Origin: Calditrichia bacterium
Lineage (GTDB): Bacteria > Calditrichota > Calditrichia > JAJRVZ01
Length of the DNA stretch: 64,000 bases
Assembly (NCBI GenBank): GCA_963796965.1
Contig: CAWCNS010000005.1
Location: 448,001-512,000, forward strand
Reading direction: 5' to 3'
The notes under the pieces were generated by a model. That model saw only the letters and a program-made list of their open reading frames with translations. It was not told the DNA's origin and ran no database searches. A program made the translations under genes and the position numbers. Positions 48,526 through 58,540 of the stretch are shown here, one piece after another (the stretch's first letter is position 1; every line of letters begins with the position of its first letter).

Positions 48526-48744
48526 TCAGGATAATAAACTTATTATTTCGGAAGAATCTGGAAAACGTCCCGTTTGACGTTTAGAAAAAATGAGTTCCCC
48601 TTCTTTTACCACCTCAAATACTCCTCCGGAGCTCTTAATATATTCGATATCTACATCACTAAATTTATTCTTTATATCTTGCGCCAGACTGGCAGCATGG
48701 GGATAATAGTTTCAGACATGGCAATATTCAATGGTAACTTTCAC
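48526..48744 (-). CDS. SelW/SelT/SelH (Rdx family) selenoprotein, Sec at codon 11
   Basis: GTG start with GGAG RBS; MKVTIEYCHV-U(TGA 48714-48712)-NYYPHAASLAQDIKNKFSDVDIEYIKSSGGVFEVVKEGELIFSKRQTGRFPDSSEIISLLS*; CxxU, GGVFEV, LIFSK and GRFP motifs; GCC-AGTCT-GGC hairpin about 21 nt after the TGA. Confidence 0.9.
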
Positions 48745-48855
48745 TTATTTTCTCCATTATTTATTTTTGTCGTCTTGACTATGCGTTTACACTTTATGAC
48801 ATAATTTGAATAGAATTAAAATTGAAAAGAAAAATCACCCTTAAATCTAGCCGGT

Positions 48856-49878
48856 TTACTTTAGCATCTTTATCTTTTCAATCAAAGCATCTGTAATTTC
48901 ATCGGTTGTATGCTTACCTCCCAGATCAGGTGTCAAATATCGTCTTTCCGCTAATAAAAGGGTAATCGCTGCCCGGATCCTGGCAGCAACTTTCTCTTCA
49001 CCCAGATGCCGTAACATCAACACAGCCGAGGCGATTGTTGCCAGTGGATTTGCAATCCCCTTTCCGGCAATATCCGGGGCACTACCATGCACAGATTCAA
49101 AGACCGCATAGGTATCACCAATATTTGCACCGGGGACCAAACCTAACCCGCCGACCAATCCGGCCGTAAGGTCAGAGATGATATCACCATATAAATTTGT
49201 CAAGACAAGTACGTCAAATTGTTCCGGACGCATTACCAGCTGCATGGCACAATTATCTACAATGATCTCTTTATATGTGATATTTGGATAATCCTTTGCA
49301 ATGTCGCGAACTGAGCGCAGAAACATGCCATCACTTTTTTTCATAATATTAGCTTTATGGACTGCATGTACTGTTTTACGATTATTTTTAGAGGCCCAGT
49401 CAAAAGCAAACTTTGCAATTCGACGCGAAGCCTTTTCTGTAATTATTTTCAAACCCTGTGCTACTCCCGGCGCTATCTCATTCTCCATTCCAGCATACAA
49501 ATCTTCCGTATTCTCCCGGAATATCACTAAATCGATTGCTGAATGGTGAAAGGAAATCCCCAAAGACGATCGGACAGGTCGGAAATTGGCGTACAAATCC
49601 AAAGACTTACGTAATTCTACATTTACTGACTTATATCCCCCTCCAATGGGTGTTGTGAGTGGACCTTTTAGTGCAACTTTATTCTTTTTTATTGCTTCAA
49701 GTGTTTCATCAGGTAACGTCGCACCTGATTTTTCCACAGCCGACTGACCCGCATCGACAATTTCCCAATCGATGACAACCCCTGCTGCCGCCAAAACCTT
49801 TCTGGTCGCTGATGTTACTTCAGGACCGATACCATCACCGGGAATCAAAGTTACAAGATGCTTCTTTTGTTCAGCCAT
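48856..49878 (-). CDS. icd: Isocitrate dehydrogenase (NAD-type; isocitrate/isopropylmalate dehydrogenase family)
   Basis: [57 protein letters not shown]. Confidence 0.8.
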   Translation of the reverse strand: MAEQKKHLVTLIPGDGIGPEVTSATRKVLAAAGVVIDWEIVDAGQSAVEKSGATLPDETLEAIKKNKVALKGPLTTPIGGGYKSVNVELRKSLDLYANFRPVRSSLGISFHHSAIDLVIFRENTEDLYAGMENEIAPGVAQGLKIITEKASRRIAKFAFDWASKNNRKTVHAVHKANIMKKSDGMFLRSVRDIAKDYPNITYKEIIVDNCAMQLVMRPEQFDVLVLTNLYGDIISDLTAGLVGGLGLVPGANIGDTYAVFESVHGSAPDIAGKGIANPLATIASAVLMLRHLGEEKVAARIRAAITLLLAERRYLTPDLGGKHTTDEITDALIEKIKMLK

Positions 49879-50004
49879 GAGCTATCCTTTTTTATATATA
49901 ATCTTGTTTTTATGCCAGGGGTCAATTAATTTTTCATCCAAGTCATTTCAATTTACTAAAAATTGATGTAATCATCGCTATAATTTGTTTAAATAAACAA
50001 CACC

Positions 50005-50592
50005 TTGGAATCCTATACAAATATGAGATATAGTCATAAATTACAATTAAGTTACTTGATTGTACTTATATTGATTATTGGGATTTTCTATAATTTTCCC
50101 AGATTTTCTATAAAAGTTACACCAGTAACAATTTATACACACCCTATTGAAATAATTCACATTCCCCCAACCAAACACAATGTAACCAGGCGCCCCCCTC
50201 CCCCAAGACCACAAATACCTGTCGCAGCTGAGGAGTTAGAGATTCTATTGCCGGTCCTGATAAATACAAAAGCAAGTAATGCTATAGAAGAAAATTCTTT
50301 AAATTCCGATCTTCAATCTGGTTTACCTGAGGGATATCGCCCGCGACAATTACTCGAGGTTGTCCCTGAGAAAGTCGATGAAGAGTTTTCAGGAGAAATA
50401 GTTTTAGCTTTGAGAATTGGTAAAAACGGAAAGGTTATAAAACATCGAGTTCTTCACAATTCAACAGAATCTGCCATCTGTAAGGAGAACGCTTTAAATG
50501 CAGCTAAGGCATCATTGTGGGAATCGGCCACCATAAATGGGAAACCGGTGGAATACTGGATAGAAAAAACCTATAAGTTTAATGTTGATTGA
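50005..50592 (+). CDS. TonB-like energy transducer
   Basis: N-terminal TM helix, Pro-rich RPPPPRPQIPV, C-terminal TonB_C-like domain (G.V...RV...NGKPV.YW...Y.F). Confidence 0.7.
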   Translation: MESYTNMRYSHKLQLSYLIVLILIIGIFYNFPRFSIKVTPVTIYTHPIEIIHIPPTKHNVTRRPPPPRPQIPVAAEELEILLPVLINTKASNAIEENSLNSDLQSGLPEGYRPRQLLEVVPEKVDEEFSGEIVLALRIGKNGKVIKHRVLHNSTESAICKENALNAAKASLWESATINGKPVEYWIEKTYKFNVD

Positions 50593-50633
50593 TTTGGTAG
50601 TCAGACCTCTCACAGACCTTCATATTAGTAAAT

Positions 50634-52730
50634 CTAAGAATTGTTTATAATGTTTTTGTCCTTTATGTAAACAGGTAAAAATATGCGAAAAGTAGTACCT
50701 TTATTCAATTCACTTTCAACAGTTATCTGGCCCCCATGTTCAAGAATAATTTGATATACAATCGAAAGCCCAAGACCGGTTCCATTTGATTTTGTTGTAA
50801 AAAATGGATTATACATATTATTCAAAGTTTCGTTATCCATCCCCAACCCTGTATCCGAAATCGTAATTTCATTATAAATATCTGAAAATAATTTTGGGAT
50901 ACGCTGGCGACGATCTATAATCGGAGTGGTCTCCTCGGGGAGTCGTGCACGAATTGTGAGAGTCCCGCCTTCATTCATGGCATCGATGGCATTGATAATC
51001 AGATTAAAGAAAACCTGTTCTATTTGATGAAAATCAACAAAAATTTCCTTTAAATCCCTTGAATAAACTTCTTTTACAATAATGTTGCTCATTTTGATTT
51101 TTCGGCGGAATAAAGGCAACACCTCATGCACAATATCGGGAATTTTACAGCGAACGGGATTTGGTCGTTGAGGGCGTGCATAAGAAAAAAATGATTTTAA
51201 CAGTTCATCCAAACGGTTAACCTGTCTGACAATGCGATCAATATACTCGTTCTTTGGATCGCCAACATCAAGCTCTTCCTGAAGCGTTTGTGCCATTGCC
51301 TTAATCCCGGCAAGAGGGTTTCTGATTTCGTGTGCAATTCCAGAAGCGAGTACACCCAGCGAGGCCATACGGTCCATTCGTATAATTTCTGCCTGAAGGC
51401 GTTTTGTTTGGGATATCTCCATAAAAGTTAAAGCATAGGATTGATTTTCTAAACTTTGATCTATGGAATAAAGTGAATATCCCAGGTATAGCTGCCGGTT
51501 TCCTGGATGTTTCACTAACATTTCCTGCCTTAACAGTGGTATGTTTTCCGCCTTAATCAGACTGTCGACAATTTCATACGCTTCATCACCCAAAATATCT
51601 GACAGTTTTTTTGTTCCTATTTCTCCAGATTGAAGTGTTTTGCGGGCAAAACTATTTATATATTTTAGCTGATAATTTTGATTAAATATAATCAAACCAA
51701 AACCGATTGAATCGAGTATATCTTTACAAAACTGTTGTTCTTCCTGATCACCATCCCCTGGCACCTCATTATCAGGGTTGTTATTTTTGTCCCTGTTGAG
51801 AAACAGGTTTTCCATCCGATAAACGATTTTTCCAAGAATTATGAGCGCTAAGGCCAGATCATTTTCGGCAAATGATTTACGATTCACCTTGTTTATAAGA
51901 ATAAATGCACCTCTTATCTGATGAAACACCGTAAGAGGGACAAATAGCAAAGAATTAATTTCAAATCCAATCAAGTCTTCCAATTCCTGAATGAATGGAT
52001 CGAGTAGCATCTCTTCATTAAAAATCATTGGACTATTTTCAGCAATTGCCCCAAGTATCCGCGAATTTTGCACTGAAAATGCCTTTGTTTTCTCAATTTT
52101 TTCAGTTTTTTCATTGAACTGATTGAGAACTAATTGTTTTTTTGGGGAATCAAATTCAAGAAAATGTGATTTCTCAGCCGAAAAAGTCAGTTCAAGTTTA
52201 TGTCGTACGTGCTTTTGGAGGTGAACAAAAAAACCGCTCTGATCGGTCATTTTATCCAGGGCTTCTAGTTGAAGGATGTTTTCAAACTGATAAATCAGTT
52301 TATTTTCATTTGCCAAAAATGCATGATTGGAGTCCTGGCGTTTTTGCAGATTTGCAAGAGTTCCCATATTCCCAACCAATGATTCAATTTCAGCTTGGGT
52401 GAAGGGATCATTTATGATACTGCTAGGTTTATCTTTTATTAAATCTTCAATTTTATCAATATGATTGTCGTTGACAATATAAATAAATGGAATAACGGAG
52501 AGATCTCTTTGGGAACGGAGGGTAAAAATACTTTTAATACTTTTTATTTCACAAGAGGGTAAATCAAAAATAAGAAGATCGAATCCATCAAATTTAATAT
52601 ATTTATTATCAATATCTTTAAAATTGAAAGAAACGATTTTTCGGCGGGGATCATTGATTTGTTGGACTAAATAATCGATGCGTTGATCATCATCACAAAC
52701 TAATCCTATGTTCATAGCATTCAGATTCAT
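50634..52730 (-). CDS. Cytoplasmic sensor histidine kinase (degenerate REC, GAF, PAS, HisKA, HATPase)
   Basis: GIAHEIRNPL, QVFFNLIINAIDAM, DTGLGM, GTGLGL. Confidence 0.9.
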   Translation of the reverse strand: MNLNAMNIGLVCDDDQRIDYLVQQINDPRRKIVSFNFKDIDNKYIKFDGFDLLIFDLPSCEIKSIKSIFTLRSQRDLSVIPFIYIVNDNHIDKIEDLIKDKPSSIINDPFTQAEIESLVGNMGTLANLQKRQDSNHAFLANENKLIYQFENILQLEALDKMTDQSGFFVHLQKHVRHKLELTFSAEKSHFLEFDSPKKQLVLNQFNEKTEKIEKTKAFSVQNSRILGAIAENSPMIFNEEMLLDPFIQELEDLIGFEINSLLFVPLTVFHQIRGAFILINKVNRKSFAENDLALALIILGKIVYRMENLFLNRDKNNNPDNEVPGDGDQEEQQFCKDILDSIGFGLIIFNQNYQLKYINSFARKTLQSGEIGTKKLSDILGDEAYEIVDSLIKAENIPLLRQEMLVKHPGNRQLYLGYSLYSIDQSLENQSYALTFMEISQTKRLQAEIIRMDRMASLGVLASGIAHEIRNPLAGIKAMAQTLQEELDVGDPKNEYIDRIVRQVNRLDELLKSFFSYARPQRPNPVRCKIPDIVHEVLPLFRRKIKMSNIIVKEVYSRDLKEIFVDFHQIEQVFFNLIINAIDAMNEGGTLTIRARLPEETTPIIDRRQRIPKLFSDIYNEITISDTGLGMDNETLNNMYNPFFTTKSNGTGLGLSIVYQIILEHGGQITVESELNKGTTFRIFLPVYIKDKNIINNS

Positions 52731-52746
52731 TCAGTTGATGACCGAA

Positions 52747-53424
52747 TTATGAGAATTCAGATCGGAACGATTCGTAATCCAGAATAATCAGGCGACTTCC
52801 TTCCTTTTTCAGATAACCTTGTTTGGCCAATGCTTTTAATACACGCGAGATAGTTTCACGACTTGTTCCAGCCATGTTTGCAAGATCTTGTTGAGGCGGC
52901 AAACGCGGAATTTCTACCTGTCCCATGTGTATTTTCCCCGAATCATCAGCAATTCTAAGAAGCGTGCTGGCCACTTTACCCGTAGCATTCTGTAGAGAGA
53001 GGCTCTTTATTTGTGAATCACTGCGTCTCAGGCGATGAGCAAGTTCTTTTAAAAGATTGATGGCGATCTGAGGATAATCATGAAGCATCTGCAAAAAATC
53101 TTCTCGCCTTACAATCATTATTTTAGAATCATCCAGGGTCACAACGTTAGCAGAACGGTTCTGCCCATCCAAGATTGACATTTCACCAAAAAAATCACCC
53201 TCACTTAAAATTGACAAGATGACTTCCCGCCCCTCTTCACTGATCCGAGAGATTTTAACCCGACCTTCCAATATAATAAACATGGTTGAGCCGATCTCTT
53301 CTTCAATAAGGATCATATTGTCCTTTTTGTAATACTGCTTTACAGCAAGCTTTGTGATTTCTGTTAGATCTGTTTCGCTTAATTCTGAAAACAGGGGTAT
53401 ATATTTTAGAACCGATATATCCAT
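52747..53424 (-). CDS. Crp/Fnr-family transcriptional regulator
   Basis: FFGEMS...RSA cNMP pocket; HTH QQDLANMAGTSRETISR. Confidence 0.92.
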   Translation of the reverse strand: MDISVLKYIPLFSELSETDLTEITKLAVKQYYKKDNMILIEEEIGSTMFIILEGRVKISRISEEGREVILSILSEGDFFGEMSILDGQNRSANVVTLDDSKIMIVRREDFLQMLHDYPQIAINLLKELAHRLRRSDSQIKSLSLQNATGKVASTLLRIADDSGKIHMGQVEIPRLPPQQDLANMAGTSRETISRVLKALAKQGYLKKEGSRLIILDYESFRSEFS

Positions 53425-53438
53425 AAGCGGCCTTCTTG

Positions 53439-54095
53439 TTATGGTTTTAGAATACGATAGGTCAATTTATAATTTGATTTAATATCTTCAGCAATTTCCT
53501 TTGTTTCCGAATAATCTTCATCACCCTGTATCCAGACGCAATACAGGATTTTATCATTAATATTTCGCTCAACGACTTCTGCTTTTATTTTTCTTCGTTT
53601 TAAAATATCTGCCAATTCAGCAGCATTTTTTTCCACACCAAAAGCCCCAACCTGGATGATATACCTTAAATGGTTCTTTGGTTTTAGATTCTCTACATTC
53701 TTATTATCGGCAGTTAGTGAATTTTCTTTTGGTTTTGACTTATATTTTTGCCCGGCTGCTCTGCTATACTCCTGGGCTTTTACATAATAACCCTGAGCGA
53801 AGTAATATTCTGACATTTTTTTTGCTAGAAGATTTTTTAGAGGTCCTCCTGAAATCTTATATAAATCCTGATATATTTTTATTGCGTCTTCGCCATTATC
53901 TTTGAATATTGTTTTGAAGAATACTATTTCAGGATCATTTAAATGTCTTTTTTCCAGTTCACTCAATCTGGTTTCTAATCTTTTGAACTTTTTATTTTTG
54001 TATAAAATAAATAAGTCATCATGATTTTGCGAAAGCAGTACATTAGAGAATAGTAGTATGCTAATTATCGGAATGAAATAAATAAAACGGTTCAT
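53439..54095 (-). CDS. SPOR-domain protein
   Basis: Signal peptide; C-terminal YIIQVGAFG.EKNA. Confidence 0.8.
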   Translation of the reverse strand: MNRFIYFIPIISILLFSNVLLSQNHDDLFILYKNKKFKRLETRLSELEKRHLNDPEIVFFKTIFKDNGEDAIKIYQDLYKISGGPLKNLLAKKMSEYYFAQGYYVKAQEYSRAAGQKYKSKPKENSLTADNKNVENLKPKNHLRYIIQVGAFGVEKNAAELADILKRRKIKAEVVERNINDKILYCVWIQGDEDYSETKEIAEDIKSNYKLTYRILKP

Positions 54096-54141
54096 AAGAT
54101 TTTAATTATACACTGGAAGATATTTTTAATAGGAATAGAAT

Positions 54142-55191
54142 TTATTTTGCACCAGCAACTTGCATTGCTAATTCAGCCGCATCTTTATATTGATTCTGAT
54201 CAAAATATATTTTGATCATCTGTGTTTTTATTCTATCCTGATCAAGATCTGTTTTTTGTGCGTCTTTTAAAAGATTTAGAGCCTTATCATGTTCTCCTTT
54301 TTTACGCAGTATTTCAGAGAGAGCGAGAATAGCCGGTAAATATTCCGGATTTGATTTTAGCATGGAAGTGTACAAATCTTCGAGTTTACTAAATTGCCCT
54401 TTCTCAAACCAGGCTTTTTCTAATCGCTTAAAGGCTTGAGGTGCCTTCTCAGGCACTTTCTTTGTTAGATCTGTCCAGATTTTAATAGCATCATCTGTTC
54501 TGTTTTCCCTGAGATAAGAATCGCCTAGCTGAAGATAGGCCTCTTCACAATTAGGATCAATTTTTTGCCCCTCCTTGATAAGAACACGGGCATCTTTTTC
54601 TTTTTGGTTCTCTGCAAGCTGAATCCCCTGTTTCACTTTGAACAAGGCCATCTTTTTCTTGCCTTTTTCTTCCTTGGCTAGGCTACTCTTTTGGAGTATT
54701 TCAAACGCTTTATCCCATTCCTCCCGTTTTTCAAATATTTTTATCAAATAGGGAGCGACCCAGTCGATCTGACGTTTATCTTCTAATAGTTGGTTAAGAT
54801 AATATTCTGCCTTATTGTAATCCTTGAGATACCAATAATCCAGGACAAGGTTTTTCTTAACATTGGTTAAATCTTCTGGCTCAAGATTACCACGGAGGGT
54901 GAGATCCTGGTGGATCCTTATGGCATTTTTATATAATCCTTCATTTCTGAGGATTATACCCAATTTTATATAAGCATCTATATTGTCAGAAGTTTGACGT
55001 ACAGCCTCTTTGAACATTTCAACTGCACGGCGGTTCTCACCTTCTGCCATATATTTGAGGGCCTGAAGGTACGGTGAATCCAATTCCTGAACGCTCTTCT
55101 TCCGTGTGTAAGCGGAATAAAAGGCGAGTGATAACACGGCAAGAAAGAGAATTAATATTGCCCATACTTCAAAAGATATTGTAGGCATCAT
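54142..55191 (-). CDS. lapB: LapB-like TPR membrane protein (no C-terminal rubredoxin domain)
   Basis: N-terminal TM helix; YLQAL; LG..LR..G....AIRIHQDL; directly follows lapA. Confidence 0.7.
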   Translation of the reverse strand: MMPTISFEVWAILILFLAVLSLAFYSAYTRKKSVQELDSPYLQALKYMAEGENRRAVEMFKEAVRQTSDNIDAYIKLGIILRNEGLYKNAIRIHQDLTLRGNLEPEDLTNVKKNLVLDYWYLKDYNKAEYYLNQLLEDKRQIDWVAPYLIKIFEKREEWDKAFEILQKSSLAKEEKGKKKMALFKVKQGIQLAENQKEKDARVLIKEGQKIDPNCEEAYLQLGDSYLRENRTDDAIKIWTDLTKKVPEKAPQAFKRLEKAWFEKGQFSKLEDLYTSMLKSNPEYLPAILALSEILRKKGEHDKALNLLKDAQKTDLDQDRIKTQMIKIYFDQNQYKDAAELAMQVAGAK

Positions 55192-55197
55192 AAATTT

Positions 55198-55545
55198 TTA
55201 CTCCAAATCTAATGCAGGCTTATCTTTTGGTGTGATTTTGGTTTCTGCATCTGGTATTTCGTCAATGGAAAGGTTTCGTAACCCATCAAGTTCCGTCATC
55301 AGTTTACTGCGCTCGCGTTTTAAAGAACGAACTTCGGAGCGAGAATTCAAAACATACGAGGAGAGCAGGATTGCCCCAACAACTGTGCCAATAAAAAACG
55401 TTACAAAAATTATAACAACGAGATTGACATCATGATAAGTAGTTTGAAAAACCTGAATTGTCACATATTGGCCAAGATTCATGGCAAAAAACCACAATAA
55501 AATGGCACCGATGATGATCCACACAAAAATCCCAAATATTCGCAT
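55198..55545 (-). CDS. lapA: LapA-family membrane protein
   Basis: Two TM helices with FAMN.GQ.V, then a coiled coil ending LRNLSI. Confidence 0.75.
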   Translation of the reverse strand: MRIFGIFVWIIIGAILLWFFAMNLGQYVTIQVFQTTYHDVNLVVIIFVTFFIGTVVGAILLSSYVLNSRSEVRSLKRERSKLMTELDGLRNLSIDEIPDAETKITPKDKPALDLE

Positions 55546-55774
55546 ATCATCCCCACACTTAAAGTTTTATGTTTTCTAAATATAGCACATTTGTTAAAAT
55601 AAATAATTTGTCAAACAATTACAAGCAATTTGTATTCCCAGGGAACAGATAAAAGATAGAATATTAGCAGATACTGTTTTGGGACAGGCACAACAATCAT
55701 TTATTTTCAGAATTGAACGCGTTAATATCTAATTTATATAGAAGATGAGAATAAATAATGTCTCTAAAGGAAGA

Positions 55775-56758
55775 TTAAATTGCCAGATTATATTTTTCAG
55801 AAATTAAGATTTCCCTTAACAATTTGAAGAGATCCGGATCCCATAAACCAGCGGCAGTTTCTTTCTCCATTATCTGAAGAGCAAAATCTTTGGGGAGTGC
55901 TTTGCGATAGGTACGATCTGTGGTAAGAGCATCATAGCAATCAACCAATCCAATAATACGTGCATGAACAGGGATTTCTTCACCTGCCAAAGATTCAGGA
56001 TATCCACTACCATTGAAGCGTTCCTGATGAAAGCGAATTATGGGTAGGACCGGCTGAAGGGTTTTTAGTGGTCTGCAAATATTCTCACCTATTTCCGGAT
56101 GTGTTTTAATAATTTCAAATTCTTCAGCTGTAAGCGGACCTGGCTTTAGCAAAATTGAATCATCAATAGCGATTTTGCCGATATCGTGCAAAATCCCACC
56201 GCGTTTTAAAATGATCAAATCGATTTCCGGAAGTTTGAGTTCTGACCCAAGATATTGAGCCAATATGGAGAGTCTCTCACAATGCCCTTCAGTATAATTA
56301 TCTTTTGCTTCAACTGCACGGGCCAGACTAAAAATGACCTGCTCAGCATGCTCGAGCTCGTTGATGTAACTGCGAAGTTTCAAGAGATTCTTAACACGGG
56401 CCAATAATTCGTAGACATTAAATGGTTTAGATATAAAATCATCAACACCGGCCTCCAACCCTCTTAACCTATCTTGTTGACTATCCAATGCCGTAATCAT
56501 GACCACCGGTATTAGACGGGTTAACTCGTCCTCCTTTAATATACGGCAGACTTCGAATCCGTCAATACCCGGCATCACAACATCGAGCATGATCAGATCA
56601 GGTGTAAATTGTTTTACTAATTGCAAGGCTTCATAACCATCCTGCGCAGAGAGAATGTCATATTCCCGGTTCGGTCGGTTGAGAATCTCAGTAACCAGCT
56701 TGATATTCTCTTCAGCGTCATCTACAACTAATATCTTTGCCTGAACTTGTGTTTCCAT
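55775..56758 (-). CDS. REC + HD-GYP cyclic-di-GMP phosphodiesterase (RpfG-like)
   Basis: VVDD, DVVMP, KP; HCER, LHDIGK, HQERFNGSGYP. Confidence 0.92.
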   Translation of the reverse strand: METQVQAKILVVDDAEENIKLVTEILNRPNREYDILSAQDGYEALQLVKQFTPDLIMLDVVMPGIDGFEVCRILKEDELTRLIPVVMITALDSQQDRLRGLEAGVDDFISKPFNVYELLARVKNLLKLRSYINELEHAEQVIFSLARAVEAKDNYTEGHCERLSILAQYLGSELKLPEIDLIILKRGGILHDIGKIAIDDSILLKPGPLTAEEFEIIKTHPEIGENICRPLKTLQPVLPIIRFHQERFNGSGYPESLAGEEIPVHARIIGLVDCYDALTTDRTYRKALPKDFALQIMEKETAAGLWDPDLFKLLREILISEKYNLAI

Positions 56759-57122
56759 ACTTTATCTTAACTTTAAGAACCTAATTTAAGTCGACCTTTT
56801 TAACATTCGACTGTTTTCAATAATACTTGATAATTTGTTTTATAAAACAACAAGATGGTAAACAATTTTATCTGATCCAATCTAAACTTACAACTGTTCT
56901 ATAAAACATGGATGTGGCAATGGTCACAATTTTAAATAATATTTATTGGAGCAATATTTTTCCCCGAAACCTATCTTCCTAATGCCAAATCAATTATCCT
57001 ACATTTTAATGAGTTTTTCTTCACAATGGACATCATCATACAGTAAAGATCACTCTTATTTTGACGATAATCTTAATAATAGCGCACTATTATTTTATTC
57101 TAAAACAATAAAGAGATTAAAA

Positions 57123-57609
57123 ATGTTCCAGAAAGATCAAGACAATAGCGAACCCAGATCAAATATATACTCACAATTAGCAATGGAATTGGATTCCCTT
57201 TTTGAGTCAGAAACCAATTTTATTGCCAATTCGGCTAACATGAGTTCCCTGCTCTATCATCGGTTACCAGAGATAAACTGGTCAGGTTTTTACTTAAAAC
57301 AAAATAATCAACTGGTGCTCGGACCCTTCCATGGGAAACCAGCATGTGTCAGAATAAATATGGGAGACGGGGTATGTGGGAAAGCCGCTGAATCGCAGGA
57401 AACTGTTATGGTCAAAGACGTCCATAAATTTCCGGGGCATATAGCTCTGTGATCCCGACTCCAAGTCAGAAATTGTTGTTCCGATGATAAAAAATAATCA
57501 TTTGTTCGGTGTATTAGATATAGATAGCCCTATATCAGATCGATTCAATCATCATGACCAGAATGGGTTGGAGACCCTGGTTTCCATACTATTAAATGCT
57601 TGCGCCTAA
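57123..57609 (+). CDS. msrC: GAF-domain free methionine-R-sulfoxide reductase; one frameshift near 57447
   Basis: NWSGFY, LGPFHGKPAC, GVCG, HKFPGHIA, then shifted frame CDPDSKSEIVVP...GVLDIDSP...*. Confidence 0.85.
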
Positions 57610-57679
57610 CAATTTAAATTTTTTAACGATTACTTAAACAAACCATCACATTTATTTTTTTAACAGCGGAGTATTACAA

Positions 57680-58237
57680 ATGCAGATTAAAGGTTTTATA
57701 CTCCATTCACGCAAGGAGTTTGTTATCGAGAACTTCGGTATTGATAGATGGAATGAAGTTGTTGATGCACTTCCTGCCGAGGATCAAACTATCTATGAGG
57801 GTTTTATTCTAACCTCGGAATGGTATGACTTCGAGATTGGAAAACGTCTTGACGAAGCAATTGTAAAAATGCTCGGTGAAGGGTCCTCTGAAAAATTTGA
57901 AGATATTGGACGTAAATCGGCCCAACGCCATCTTATGGGCATTCATTCTTCTTTTATTGAACCGGAAAATCCACAGGCATTTTTAGAAAAAGCAGAAATG
58001 ATTTATGAATATTATTATGACACTGGTTATCGGGAGTATGAACAGACAGGAGAAACTTCTGGTATACTTACCACATACGATGCGGAAACTTACTCGACAC
58101 CAGATTGTCTGACAGTGATTGGCTGGTACAAAGAGGCATTAAAAATGTGCGGTGCAAAAAATGTCAGTATTACAGAAGACACCTGCCGCGCCAAAGGTGC
58201 AGATTATTGTCAGTATGTCGTTAAGTGGGACATATAA
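57680..58237 (+). CDS. TIGR02265-like / H-NOX-V4R-fold protein
   Basis: MQIKG...FG...W.EV...L N-terminus; C-terminal CRAKGADYCQY V4R-type motif. Confidence 0.65.
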   Translation: MQIKGFILHSRKEFVIENFGIDRWNEVVDALPAEDQTIYEGFILTSEWYDFEIGKRLDEAIVKMLGEGSSEKFEDIGRKSAQRHLMGIHSSFIEPENPQAFLEKAEMIYEYYYDTGYREYEQTGETSGILTTYDAETYSTPDCLTVIGWYKEALKMCGAKNVSITEDTCRAKGADYCQYVVKWDI

Positions 58238-58540
58238 AGATTATTTAAAATTCATCTCCCTGAGCATTGCTAAATACCTCGGATGTTGATGGAGGGGTTC
58301 CAACAACCTGATTGCGCGATCCTAATCCTTCTGCAGAAAAACACTTCAATTTTGAATTAAATATTTTTTCTATGAATGCGAAAATTTATTAACTTCTTTA
58401 TGCGCTTTTGATTATTGCCGTTTGGACAGTTGGCTCAAATATCTTTAATCACTAGAGGTGTAGATACTTTTAATTTGCTCATTATTATATAATAGTGATA
58501 AAACATCATATATTTTATTCCATCACGATAGGGAGAAGAA

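Noticed and set aside
48574..48804. 76-aa plus-strand ORF
   Set aside because: Antisense shadow of the selenoprotein gene.
56946..57122. N-terminal extension of msrC in the ORF track
   Set aside because: AT-rich, non-homologous sequence; the ATG at 57123 gives a normal-length protein.
57440..57460. Selenocysteine at the TGA in msrC
   Set aside because: The conserved CDPDSKSEIVVP continues in a different frame, so this is a 1-nt insertion, not in-frame UGA read-through.
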